Assembly: GCA_030683105.1 (NCBI GenBank)
Contig: JAUXMZ010000003.1
Location: forward strand, 86,703-150,702
Source: Burkholderiales bacterium
Lineage (GTDB): Bacteria > Pseudomonadota > Gammaproteobacteria > Burkholderiales > SG8-41
Direction of reading: 5' to 3'
Length of the DNA stretch: 64,000 bases
This document shows positions 28,132-37,040 of this stretch, piece by piece. Numbering within the stretch: the first letter of the stretch is position 1; the number at the start of each line of letters is the position of its first letter. The notes beneath the pieces are model-generated. The model did not search any database. It saw nothing but the letters and a program-made list of their open reading frames with translations, and was not told where the DNA came from. The position numbers and the translations under genes are program-made.

Positions 28132-28983
28132 CTATCGTCCCATGTCCTGTTTGTAACGTTGCCGCGCCGCTTCTTCCTTGAGCGCGGCATCGACTTCCCG
28201 CATGACGCCGGCCACGTCCGCCGGCTTCTCGCTGCGCTTGAAGCGCCCGGTCAGTTCGATCGCCGGGTGTAGCTTGCCACTCTGGTAGAGCGACCAGATC
28301 TCCATGCCGTAGTCGGTGGTCAGCAGTTCGGGCGCATAACGGCCGAAGTAGGCGGCAAGGTTGGCGACATCCCGCTCGAGCATGCTGCAGGCGTGGTTGT
28401 TGCCCGCGGCGTTTACGGCCTGGGGCAGGTCGATGATGACGGGCCCATCGCTGCCGACGAGCACGTTGTATTCGGATAGATCGCCGTGGACGATGCCGGC
28501 GCAGAGCATGAGCACGACCTGAGCGATCAGTGAGCGGTGGTAGTCGCGGGCCTGTTCTGCCGTGAGTTCCAGATCGCTGAGCCTGGGGGCGGCGTCGCCA
28601 TCGTCACCGGTCACCAGTTCCATCAGCAACACGCCCTCGAGGAAGTTATAAGGCCGCGGCACGCGCACGCCGGCGGCGGCGAGCCGGAACAAGGCGTCTA
28701 CCTCGGCGCTTTGCCATGCTTCCTCCTGCGCTTTGCGGCCATAGCGGGTGCCCTTTTCCATGGCGCGGGCGCGGCGGCTGTTCTTGACCTTGCGGCCTTC
28801 GGTGTAATCGGCGCTCTGGCGGAAGCTGCGCTGGTTTGCCTCTTTGTACACCTTCGCGCAGCGGATCTCGTCCCCGCAGCGCACCACGTAGACCATGGCC
28901 TCCTTGCCGCTCGTGAGCTGACGGATGACTGCGTCGACGAGACCATCTTCGACCAGCGGTTCGATTCTCTTGGGGACTTTCAT
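28132..28983 (-). CDS. RIO1-like serine protein kinase (PA4780-type)
   Basis: 283 aa; ..SGKEAMVY..AKVYK.. ATP-site region, IVHGDLSEYNVL catalytic loop, IIDLPQAV metal-binding region. Confidence 0.8.
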   Translation of the reverse strand: MKVPKRIEPLVEDGLVDAVIRQLTSGKEAMVYVVRCGDEIRCAKVYKEANQRSFRQSADYTEGRKVKNSRRARAMEKGTRYGRKAQEEAWQSAEVDALFRLAAAGVRVPRPYNFLEGVLLMELVTGDDGDAAPRLSDLELTAEQARDYHRSLIAQVVLMLCAGIVHGDLSEYNVLVGSDGPVIIDLPQAVNAAGNNHACSMLERDVANLAAYFGRYAPELLTTDYGMEIWSLYQSGKLHPAIELTGRFKRSEKPADVAGVMREVDAALKEEAARQRYKQDMGR

Positions 28984-29024
28984 GGGAGCTTTTGCGGCTT
29001 ATATGGGGGCGCCATGATAGCACC

Positions 29025-29045
29025 CTTGAATCTTGAACCTTGAGC
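29025..29045. repeat. heptamer array CTTGAAT CTTGAAC CTTGAGC (GTTCAAG-type on the minus strand)
   Basis: Begins 6 nt after the stop of the minus-strand amidohydrolase gene, GT strand in the sense orientation. Confidence 0.8.
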
Positions 29046-29051
29046 TCTCGC

Positions 29052-30041
29052 TCAGTCTTCCCCCAGCAGCATGCTCGCGGTCCCGCCACAGATCTGCGCT
29101 TTTTCCGCTGCTGTCAGGCCGGGAGTGGCGTCGAGTGCCGCGATCGGGTCTTCGTAACCCATGTTGAACGGATTGTCGGTGCCGATCACGACATGATCGG
29201 CGCCGGCGATGTTGATCAGATGCCGGGTGGAACGCGGATCGTGCGTGAGCGCATCGAAGTAAAAACGTTTGAACAGATCGTAGGGCGCGCTTTGCGTATC
29301 CACGCTCGCCGCCGGCCTGTTCTTGTGGGCACGGTCGAAGCGGCCGATCTGGTACGGCACGTAACCGCCGCCGTGGGGGATGACGATGCGCAGCGTCTTC
29401 AATTCATCGAGCGCACCGCTCGCCATCAGGTGCGCGGCCATCAGCGTCGAGTCCAGCGGATAGCCTACAGTATTGAACAGCTCGTAGTCGTCCATGCCGC
29501 CTTTGGCGGCGCAGGCATAAGGGTGGGTGAAAATGAAACAGCCGAGCTGCTCTATGGTTTTCAGCACCGGGCGGAAGCGGGGATGCGCAAGCTGCTCGCC
29601 CTCGATCGAGGTGCCCATTTCCACCGCCTTGAATTTATACTCCTTTACCACCCGTTCGAGTTCGGTGATAGCCGCATCGGGATCCTGCATCGGCAGCGTC
29701 GCCATGCCGCGCAGCCGTGCCGGGTATTTCGCCACCATCTGCGCGATGCCGTCGTTGCTGAGGCGCGAGGCCGCAAGCCCCGCTTCAGGGGAAAGCGCGT
29801 AGAAATAAGTCGGCGGCGCTACCGACAGCGCGGATATGTCGATGCTCATGCGATCCATCGCCGCGATCTTGGCGTCGATGTCGTGGAATTCCCGTTCCAT
29901 TTCGGAAAGTTTACCGCGGCGTTCGAAATAGAGTTTGCCGTCGCGCTCGGCGATTTTCATGCCGAAGCGCTGGGGGTCGCGCAGCATTACGGCGATGATG
30001 GTGGGTGGTATGACATGGCTGTGCAGGTCGATGTTGCTCAT
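29052..30041 (-). CDS. amidohydrolase-2 family protein (ACMSD-like decarboxylase/hydrolase)
   Basis: 329 aa; N-terminal IDLHSHVIP metal-binding motif, ..HGGGYVPYQIGR.. and ..GTDNPF.. motifs. Confidence 0.8.
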   Translation of the reverse strand: MSNIDLHSHVIPPTIIAVMLRDPQRFGMKIAERDGKLYFERRGKLSEMEREFHDIDAKIAAMDRMSIDISALSVAPPTYFYALSPEAGLAASRLSNDGIAQMVAKYPARLRGMATLPMQDPDAAITELERVVKEYKFKAVEMGTSIEGEQLAHPRFRPVLKTIEQLGCFIFTHPYACAAKGGMDDYELFNTVGYPLDSTLMAAHLMASGALDELKTLRIVIPHGGGYVPYQIGRFDRAHKNRPAASVDTQSAPYDLFKRFYFDALTHDPRSTRHLINIAGADHVVIGTDNPFNMGYEDPIAALDATPGLTAAEKAQICGGTASMLLGED

Positions 30042-30125
30042 GGTGTGGTCGCGGTTCCGTGTGATTGATAGAGAGTGAAAAAAACAGCCTGAAGCATCGT
30101 GCGCCTGTCGCTGAGCGGAAAGCAG

Positions 30126-30230
30126 AAAGCCGTAAGCCGTAAGCGGAAGTCTCTAAGGTCTTATTCTGCTCACTGCTCACTGCTCACTGCTCACTGCTCA
30201 CTGCTCACTGCTCACTGCTCACTGCTTACC
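30126..30230. repeat. two heptamer arrays: AAGCCGT x3 (30126-30146) and GCTCACT x8 + 1 degenerate (30168-30230)
   Basis: Direct reading; begins 6 nt after the stop of the LigI-like gene (minus strand reads GTGAGCA); lies inside a putative operon. Confidence 0.95.
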
Positions 30231-30236
30231 GTTGCT

Positions 30237-31118
30237 CTATTCGAAGCCGTAGAGTCGCGCGGGATTGGTGACCAGGATTTGTTCGCGTATGGCTGCATCG
30301 GGAACCCACTCGCAGAACAGGTCGAGCAGACCGCCGTCATTGGGCATGGGCCCATCCCACACAGGATGCGGCCAGTTGCTGCCCCACACCAGGCGGTCGG
30401 GACGAGCGGCAACCAGTGCTTCGACCAGCGGTTTAATGTCAGTGAAGTGCGGCGGCCCTGAATCGGACAGGCGGTACCAGCTCGAAATCTTGACCCAGCA
30501 ATCGTTGCGCTGCCGGATGATTCTGAGCAGCGCCTGGAAGCCGGGTGCGTTCACACTGTCGCCGCCGCGCACGCGCCCGAGGTGGTCGAACACGAGTGGC
30601 GTCGGGCAATCGAGAAGCTTTTGTTCCAGCGGCACCAGTTCGGCACACTTGTCGACGTGCAACTGCACATGCCAGCCATAGGGTTTGATTTTGGCGGCAA
30701 TGGCGTCGATCAACTCGGTGCCGCCGTAGCCTTTGACCATGGTGGAGAGCCGCACGCCGCGAATGCCGCCTTTGTGCAGGCGTTCGATTTCCCGGGCCGA
30801 GACGTCGGGTGCAACGCCTGCGACGCCGCGTGCGCGCTTCTGCCCAAGTTCGGCGATGACATCAAGCGACACCGAATTGTCGAAGCCGTAGACGCTGGCG
30901 TTGACCTGGACCGTGCGCGCTATCCCCAGCACCTCGCACATCGCCAGGTAATCGGACAGCGTGGCAAGCGGCGGCGTGTAGCTGCGTGCCGCGACCAGCG
31001 GATAGCGGGACTGGTCCTCAAAAACGTGACAATGGCAGTCGACCACGCCCGCCGGCATCGCGTGTTTGGGCCTGCGCGGCTGCGGGTCGGGCCCCTGGCA
31101 TATTGGTGGTTGAGTCAT
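30237..31118 (-). CDS. amidohydrolase family protein, 2-pyrone-4,6-dicarboxylate lactonase (LigI)-like
   Basis: 293 aa; VVDCHCHVFEDQSRYPL N-terminal motif and TIM-barrel amidohydrolase pattern; start uncertain (ATG 31118 has no SD; ATG 31058 is the alternative). Confidence 0.7.
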   Translation of the reverse strand: MTQPPICQGPDPQPRRPKHAMPAGVVDCHCHVFEDQSRYPLVAARSYTPPLATLSDYLAMCEVLGIARTVQVNASVYGFDNSVSLDVIAELGQKRARGVAGVAPDVSAREIERLHKGGIRGVRLSTMVKGYGGTELIDAIAAKIKPYGWHVQLHVDKCAELVPLEQKLLDCPTPLVFDHLGRVRGGDSVNAPGFQALLRIIRQRNDCWVKISSWYRLSDSGPPHFTDIKPLVEALVAARPDRLVWGSNWPHPVWDGPMPNDGGLLDLFCEWVPDAAIREQILVTNPARLYGFE

Positions 31119-31160
31119 GGTGAGTGAAGGGTGAAGGGTGAAGGGTGAAGAGTGAAGGTT
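31119..31160. repeat. heptamer array GGTGAGT GAAGGGT x3 GAAGAGT GAAGGTT
   Basis: Direct reading; abuts the annotated start codon of the LigI-like gene. Confidence 0.9.
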
Positions 31161-31207
31161 GCCGATGGTTTTCGCTTTACTCCTAACTCTTCACGCCTCA
31201 CCTTGTT

Positions 31208-31996
31208 TTAGTCGCGGTAGGAAGGATCGGCGCGATCGAGCTTTCTTAACAGCGCCGGCCATTCGAGCAAACCGAAGCGGCGCCGCGTGCCGGGCAGCAT
31301 CAGGTGATTGGTATATTGCACCACTTCGTTTGGCGGCAGCTGCAGTTCGGTATTGCACGACAGCGCCATCACCTGCAGCTGACAGGCGCGTTCCAGGCGG
31401 TACATGTTGTTGAAGCACTCGGGTATGCTCGCGCCCACCGTGAGCAGCCCGTGGTTGCGCAGCACCATGGCTTCGCGGTTGCCCAGGTTGCGTACCAGGC
31501 GCTCGCGTTCGTCCAGGCGCAGGGCAACGCCTTCGTAATCGTGATAAGCGATGTCAGTGAAGCGCATCGAGGACTGGGCGATCGGCATGATTCCGCATTT
31601 CATGGCGGACACCGCCATGCCGGCCAGCGTGTGGGTATGGATGATGCAATCCACGTCATGGCGCGCGGCATGCACCGCGCTGTGAATCACGTAGCCGGCC
31701 TGGTTGATGCCGTAAGCGGTGGCGTTGAACAGCACGTTGCCGTCGATGTCGACCCGGATCATGCTCGAGGCGGTCATTTCCTCGTAGAGCATGCCGTAGG
31801 GATTGATCAGGAATTCATTGGCGGTGCCTGGCACGCGTGCCGAGATGTGATTGGCGACCATTTCGACCATGCCGAACTCATGCATTAGCCTGTAGCATGC
31901 GGCAAGATCGACCCGTACCTCCCACTCCTCCTTGCTGACCTGATCGCGAACCGGCTTGTTTATTTTAATCTCTGGCGCGTTCATGGTTTTCCTCAC
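31208..31996 (-). CDS. class II aldolase/adducin family protein
   Basis: 262 aa; ..NHISARVPG.. and HSAVHAARHDVDCIIHTHT metal-binding histidine pattern. Confidence 0.85.
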   Translation of the reverse strand: MRKTMNAPEIKINKPVRDQVSKEEWEVRVDLAACYRLMHEFGMVEMVANHISARVPGTANEFLINPYGMLYEEMTASSMIRVDIDGNVLFNATAYGINQAGYVIHSAVHAARHDVDCIIHTHTLAGMAVSAMKCGIMPIAQSSMRFTDIAYHDYEGVALRLDERERLVRNLGNREAMVLRNHGLLTVGASIPECFNNMYRLERACQLQVMALSCNTELQLPPNEVVQYTNHLMLPGTRRRFGLLEWPALLRKLDRADPSYRD

Positions 31997-32009
31997 CTGC
32001 TAGGGACTC

Positions 32010-33128
32010 TTACTCAAATGTGACGTTCGGCGCCGGGCGCGATCTTTCAAGCGCATAGCGCACGAGCGCGGCGAAGCGGTAGATCGCATGCACGAACTTG
32101 CCATAGGGCAGGGTCAGGAACAGCGCCAGCACGATGCCCAGGTGTATGGCGAGCAGCATGCCCATCGCGGCCGTGTCGCGCAGGAACAACAGCGCGAGGC
32201 CGGTGAGGCTGGTCAAAAACAGCAGCACGAGGAACCCGACATCCATGCCTAATTGTTTCGGTTCGGCGGTTTCGGGATCGCTGCGGCTTTTGATCCACAG
32301 TAGTCCCGCCGGTCCGATCAGCAGCCCGATGCCGCCGACGGTGCCGAACACCACCGGCAGGCTCGTAAACGCATAGGGCGCGGGCCAGCCGAACACATAA
32401 TGGTAGATCGTTCCGGTCGCGGTGGCGGCGAAGCACAGCATGAAACCGTAAAAGGTGAAATGATGGAACCAGCGCCGCGCATTAGAGGGATATTCACTCG
32501 GGTAGGTGCAGCCTTCGCCGCCGCCGTCCAGATACTTCAGGCGCAGCACATCCCAGGTCGCCTGCCCGAGTGCTACCGGACGCGCAAAATCCGCCAGGCT
32601 CTCGCCCATGTCCCGCCAGAAACGGACGAACCCGACAATGAACGCCACCAGCACGTACAGCGCGACGGCGCCAAAGGTCAGCACCATCACGTTGTGGGGG
32701 ATGATCTTGTAGAACGAGCCTTCGCCGGTGTGGGCGGAAAACAGGATTGCGGGATCCTGGAAATAGAAGGTCAGCAGCATGAACAGCGCAAAACTGACCG
32801 CGGTGATCAGGGACACCGCCAGCCCGTTGCGCGAGAAGAGATCGCCGAGGAAACCCGGCCACGCATAATTGCGGTAAGTTTCGCCGCGCAATTCGGCCAG
32901 GTGCCGCGGCAGGTTCACGTTGAATTCGTGCGGCGGCGCGTACTGGCAGGCGTAGAAACACGAACCGCAGTTGTGGCAGAGGTTGGCCAGGTAATGCAGG
33001 TCCGGTTCGGAAAAAGTGAGCCGCTGCTCCATCGCGGGAAACACGGCGCAATAACTCTCGCAGTAGCGGCAGGCGTTGCACACCTGCATGTTGAACTCGA
33101 CCTGCTTGATCAGATCACTGGCGGACAT
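32010..33128 (-). CDS. tcuB: tricarballylate utilization 4Fe-4S membrane protein TcuB-like
   Basis: Start moved to ATG 33128 (MSASDLIKQVEFNMQVCNACRYCESYC..CHNCGSCFYAC two Fe-S cysteine clusters), followed by about 6 TM helices; overlaps the tcuA stop by 14 nt. Confidence 0.8.
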   Translation of the reverse strand: MSASDLIKQVEFNMQVCNACRYCESYCAVFPAMEQRLTFSEPDLHYLANLCHNCGSCFYACQYAPPHEFNVNLPRHLAELRGETYRNYAWPGFLGDLFSRNGLAVSLITAVSFALFMLLTFYFQDPAILFSAHTGEGSFYKIIPHNVMVLTFGAVALYVLVAFIVGFVRFWRDMGESLADFARPVALGQATWDVLRLKYLDGGGEGCTYPSEYPSNARRWFHHFTFYGFMLCFAATATGTIYHYVFGWPAPYAFTSLPVVFGTVGGIGLLIGPAGLLWIKSRSDPETAEPKQLGMDVGFLVLLFLTSLTGLALLFLRDTAAMGMLLAIHLGIVLALFLTLPYGKFVHAIYRFAALVRYALERSRPAPNVTFE

Positions 33129-34512
33129 GGCGCGCTGCCTCCTTGCCTGCCGCGCGCCCGAATGCCGCGCCGATGGCCATGCCGATGCCGCCGAGATAGC
33201 CCTTGCCGAGAATGTTGCCGGCCATGATTTCACCGGCTGCAAAAATGTTGGTGGAAGGTTTGTCGTCCTGCATGATCATCCTTGCGTGTTGGTCGACCAC
33301 GACGCCGAGGTAAGTGAAGGTGATGCCGGGCCGTAGCGGATAGCCGAAAAACGGCGGGGTATCGATGGTGCGCGCCCAGTGGGTCTTGGGCGGGGTGACG
33401 CCGTCGGTTGCGCAGTCATCGAGCACGGCGTGATTGAATGTGCCGGGCCGCACCGCGGCGTTGTAGCGGTCGACCGTTTGCTGGACCGTGGCCGGATCGA
33501 GCTTGAACGCCGCGGCAAGTTCCTTGATCGAATTGGCCCGGACCGGGGGAAACACCGGGGGCATGAATTTGCCCACGGCCTTCGAGTCGATGATTGAATA
33601 AGCGATCTGGTCGTCCTGCAGGGCCACCAGCCGGCCCCAGATGGCATAGCGCTTGGGCCAGAAATCCTCGCCCTCGTCGTAAAACCGCTCGCCATGGGTG
33701 TTGACGACGATGCCCAGCGAGACGGCATCCACGCGGGTGATGATGCCGCCGTCGAACTTGGGCGAGCGCGCGTCGATCGCCACGCAATGGCCCTGGGTCG
33801 GATCGCCGATGGCCTTGGCGCCGCTGTCGAGCAGCGCGCGCAGGATCACGCCTTTGTTGTACGGGGTGCCGCGCACGATGAAGTTGTCCGCCGGCGGGCC
33901 CCAGGCTTCTCTGAGCCAGGCCAGGTTGGATTGAAAACCGCCCGACGCGGCCACCATCGTTCTGGCGCGGACCTGGTGTGTTGCGCCGGCATACTTGAAC
34001 ACCGCCGAACGGAATTCCCCGTCCTGTATATCAAGTTCACATACTTCGGCGTCATACAGGATCTTGATGCCGAGCCGCTCGGCGGAGTGATAGAAAGCAT
34101 TCAGCAGCGCCTTGCCCCCGCCGAGGAAGAACGAATTGGTGCGCGACAGGTGCAGCGTGCCGCCCAGCGACGGCTGGAAGCGCACGCCGTGCTCGATCAG
34201 CCAGGGCAGGCAGGCCACCGATTCGCGGATGGTCTGTCGTGCCAGTGCTTCGTTGGTCTGGCCGCCGGTGACTTTGAGCACGTCCTGCCAGTACTCCTCT
34301 TCGGGATAGGCTTCAGTCAGCATGTGTATGGGCGCATCATGCATACAGCGCAGATTGCGCGTATGACGGCTGTTGCCGCCGCGAAACGCCTTGGGCGCGG
34401 ACTCCAGTATCAGCACTGAAGCGCCGGCTTCCCTGGCGGTGAGGGCGGCGCACAGCGCGGCATTGCCGCCGCCTATGACCAGCACATCGTAGGTTTGTAT
34501 GAGATCTATCAT
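33115..34512 (-). CDS. tcuA: FAD-dependent tricarballylate dehydrogenase TcuA-like flavoprotein
   Basis: 465 aa; YDVLVIGGGNAALCAAL FAD motif, RGGNSRHTRN motif, fumarate-reductase/succinate-dehydrogenase flavoprotein-like. Confidence 0.85.
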   Translation of the reverse strand: MIDLIQTYDVLVIGGGNAALCAALTAREAGASVLILESAPKAFRGGNSRHTRNLRCMHDAPIHMLTEAYPEEEYWQDVLKVTGGQTNEALARQTIRESVACLPWLIEHGVRFQPSLGGTLHLSRTNSFFLGGGKALLNAFYHSAERLGIKILYDAEVCELDIQDGEFRSAVFKYAGATHQVRARTMVAASGGFQSNLAWLREAWGPPADNFIVRGTPYNKGVILRALLDSGAKAIGDPTQGHCVAIDARSPKFDGGIITRVDAVSLGIVVNTHGERFYDEGEDFWPKRYAIWGRLVALQDDQIAYSIIDSKAVGKFMPPVFPPVRANSIKELAAAFKLDPATVQQTVDRYNAAVRPGTFNHAVLDDCATDGVTPPKTHWARTIDTPPFFGYPLRPGITFTYLGVVVDQHARMIMQDDKPSTNIFAAGEIMAGNILGKGYLGGIGMAIGAAFGRAAGKEAARHVRQ

Positions 34513-34537
34513 GGCCGGTATACGAAGTTAATCAGGT

Positions 34538-35350
34538 TTAAGCAGGTTTTGCGGGGGCTGAAACGATAGTGTAGTTTACCGCGCGACCGATACCGCGCCG
34601 GAAACCTTCCAGGCGCAGCACTTGTCCGGGAGCGACATTCGCAAGGCTGACCTCGGGGCCGAAGTCACGGATCATCTGCACGTGCTGTTCCGGAAAACGA
34701 TAGGGATCGACTTCAATCAGCACGTTTTCGAACCAGGTCTCGCGCGCGAGTTCCCCCAGCGCGGCGGGGTTCTTTGCCGCCAGCATGTCGATTTCCGATT
34801 GTTCCACGGTCACATGGTCGATGCCCTGGCGGGCGACATCTGCGACCACGGCGCCCAGTTCGGCTATGCTCATCGGTTGCGCCGGGTTCTTGCGCCCGAA
34901 TTCGTACATGACACGCAGGCCTGCGCGCTGCAGGTGGTCGATCCAGTGCCGGCGCTCGTCATCGGAGAGCGAGATGTAGTTTTCGGAAAGTTCCAGCGCC
35001 GGCACCGCCAGCCGTTTCAGGTGGGCGATCATGCCGTCGACCTCGTTGCGCTGCCAGGCATATTCGAACAGGATGCCGCCGGCAAACGGCATGACGCCGG
35101 CGTCAAGATACAGTCGCGTGGTGCGCGCCACCGTTGCCGCGGGAATAAGCAGTGCGTTCATGGCGTAAATTTTCGCGTAATCGATGTAACCGGCTGCGAC
35201 CTCGAGCAGGTCGCTGATGCCGCGCTCGCCTCCGGTCCAGCCGGATTCATCCGGGCCGAAGTCGATCATGGAGGTAATGCCGCGGCGCCGCGGCTTGGCG
35301 CCGCGCGGCGGAAGTTCAAATGCTGGACCGGGAGATTTTTGCGGACCCAT
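34538..35350 (-). CDS. phosphosulfolactate synthase (ComA) family protein
   Basis: 270 aa; KPRRRGITSMIDFG start of the ComA-type TIM barrel and overall family-like pattern (from memory). Confidence 0.6.
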   Translation of the reverse strand: MGPQKSPGPAFELPPRGAKPRRRGITSMIDFGPDESGWTGGERGISDLLEVAAGYIDYAKIYAMNALLIPAATVARTTRLYLDAGVMPFAGGILFEYAWQRNEVDGMIAHLKRLAVPALELSENYISLSDDERRHWIDHLQRAGLRVMYEFGRKNPAQPMSIAELGAVVADVARQGIDHVTVEQSEIDMLAAKNPAALGELARETWFENVLIEVDPYRFPEQHVQMIRDFGPEVSLANVAPGQVLRLEGFRRGIGRAVNYTIVSAPAKPA

Positions 35351-35520
35351 ACCTTAACTGTTCGTGTGCCGGGCAGCAAACCGACAACGGGTCGCCGCAG
35401 ATGCAATTAAATCGCGATTGGAAGATCTGTGACGCGGGCCGGGCGCTGAGCGGACGCGCCAAACCGCATTAATTATAAGCGAGCAGGGCCTGCCGCGCAG
35501 ACTAAAGTCCATATCATGAA

Positions 35521-35979
35521 TCAATGCAATGTCTTGGCGTCAGACCGCGGGCCGGTCTCGGTGCGGGCGGGCGTGGCGGACGGGCATGGCGAGGCGTGAT
35601 GCGCGACCATGCGCCAGCCGCGCTCGGTGCGCAGGTAGATATTGGTCGCAACCATGGGATTGCGGGGACGCGCCTCGCCTGAGACGGTGATTTGTTCATA
35701 AACGCTATGCACCGACAGCATCATGCCGTTCAGGAATTGCTGCTCGCGCAGATGAAAGCTCAGGGTTTGGCCGCCGGCGAAAATTTCCCGCCATGACTCG
35801 CGTATCTGCTCAACACCGCTGATGCGTGCGCCGTGCGGGTGGATGCAGAAAATTTCGTCGTCGTCGGCCCATACCGCCATCATCCCGTCCAGATCGGACT
35901 TGGTAAACGCCTCATAAAACGCCGTTTCGGCATCCTGCGGGGTGGGGAAAAGCGCTTTTTTCAATTGGAGCGTCTCCAT
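35521..35979 (-). CDS. NTF2-like (SnoaL/DUF4440-type) protein
   Basis: Start moved to ATG 35979; AFYEAF..DLDGMMAVWADDDEIFCIHPHG..G...I..SW pattern; 20 nt after the waaF stop. Confidence 0.7.
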   Translation of the reverse strand: METLQLKKALFPTPQDAETAFYEAFTKSDLDGMMAVWADDDEIFCIHPHGARISGVEQIRESWREIFAGGQTLSFHLREQQFLNGMMLSVHSVYEQITVSGEARPRNPMVATNIYLRTERGWRMVAHHASPCPSATPARTETGPRSDAKTLH

Positions 35980-35998
35980 GGGTCCGCAATACACTGCA

Positions 35999-37015
35999 TC
36001 ATGGGCGCATTTTATCAAAATCGACGGCTGCGAAAACCCGGTCCGGCACAAGTTGCATCATGCAATTGAAATGCCCGAGCGGGCATACGCGCTTGAAGCA
36101 CGGGCTGCATGGCAGATCGAGCTTGAGTATCGTGGCCGAGGCCGATAACGGGGGGGTAAATCCCGGGCTGCTCGAACCATACAGCGCGATAAGTGGCTTG
36201 CCCAGGGCCGCGGCGACGTGCATCAGCCCGGAATCGTTGCTGACGGCGAGTTGCGCCGAGGCCAGCAGATCGATCGCCTCATCGAGCGTGGTGTTGCCGC
36301 ACAGGTTGGCGCATGATCCGTTGCTCAGCGCGGCGATGTCAGCGCCGAGCGCGGCGTCCTTGGCGGAACCGATGAGCCATACTTCGCAGCCGCGGGATCG
36401 CAGACGTTGCGCAAGTTCGGCGAAATACTGCGCCGGCCAGCGTTTGGCCGGCCCGTATTCGGCACCGGGGCAAAGTGCGACAACGGGCTGCCGCGGTTCG
36501 AGTGCAAACTTGCGCAGAACGGCAAGCCGCTTGGTTTCAGCGACTTCCAGATGTGCGGCGGGCAGGGGGCGCATGAGCGGCTCGCCGGCCGCGCCCGCAA
36601 GCGCGGCGAAGCGCTCCACCATCAGCGGCAGTGCCTGCTTGTCCAGGCGGCGCGCGTCGTTCAGCAATCCCCAGCGCAGTTCACCGAGATAGCCAGTGCG
36701 CAGCGGTATTCCGGCAAAAAAAGGCACCAGTGCCGATTTGAAGGAATTGGGAAGCACGATGGCCTGGTCATAGCGTTCTTCCGCAAGCGTCAATCCCAGC
36801 CGGCGGCGCTCGCCCAGCCGCAGCTCGCCGTGGCCATAGGGGTTGGCAATGGCGCGCCTGACTTCGGGCATGCGCGCGAGCAGTGGCAGCGTCCACCCCG
36901 GGGCCAGCACGTCGAGCGCGAGTTGCGGATGTTTCTGGTGCAACAGCGCGAACAGAGGTTGCGCCAGCACGGTGTCGCCGACCCACGACGGGCCTACGAC
37001 AAGCACTTTTGTCAT
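35999..37015 (-). CDS. waaF: ADP-heptose:LPS heptosyltransferase II
   Basis: 338 aa; VLVVGPSWVGDTVLAQPLF N-terminus, GT9 family pattern, SNDSGLMHVAAALG motif. Confidence 0.9.
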   Translation of the reverse strand: MTKVLVVGPSWVGDTVLAQPLFALLHQKHPQLALDVLAPGWTLPLLARMPEVRRAIANPYGHGELRLGERRRLGLTLAEERYDQAIVLPNSFKSALVPFFAGIPLRTGYLGELRWGLLNDARRLDKQALPLMVERFAALAGAAGEPLMRPLPAAHLEVAETKRLAVLRKFALEPRQPVVALCPGAEYGPAKRWPAQYFAELAQRLRSRGCEVWLIGSAKDAALGADIAALSNGSCANLCGNTTLDEAIDLLASAQLAVSNDSGLMHVAAALGKPLIALYGSSSPGFTPPLSASATILKLDLPCSPCFKRVCPLGHFNCMMQLVPDRVFAAVDFDKMRP

Positions 37016-37040
37016 ACGGTTGATGCCCCGCCCGTCGATA

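Noticed and set aside
32010-33242. 38-codon N-terminal extension of tcuB, and similar extensions of the 1095-2147, 16768-17412, 35521-36051, 46810-47205 and 61181-63181 ORFs
   Set aside because: The extensions overlap upstream genes or lack family-conserved sequence. Internal starts with better context or a conserved N-terminus were chosen.
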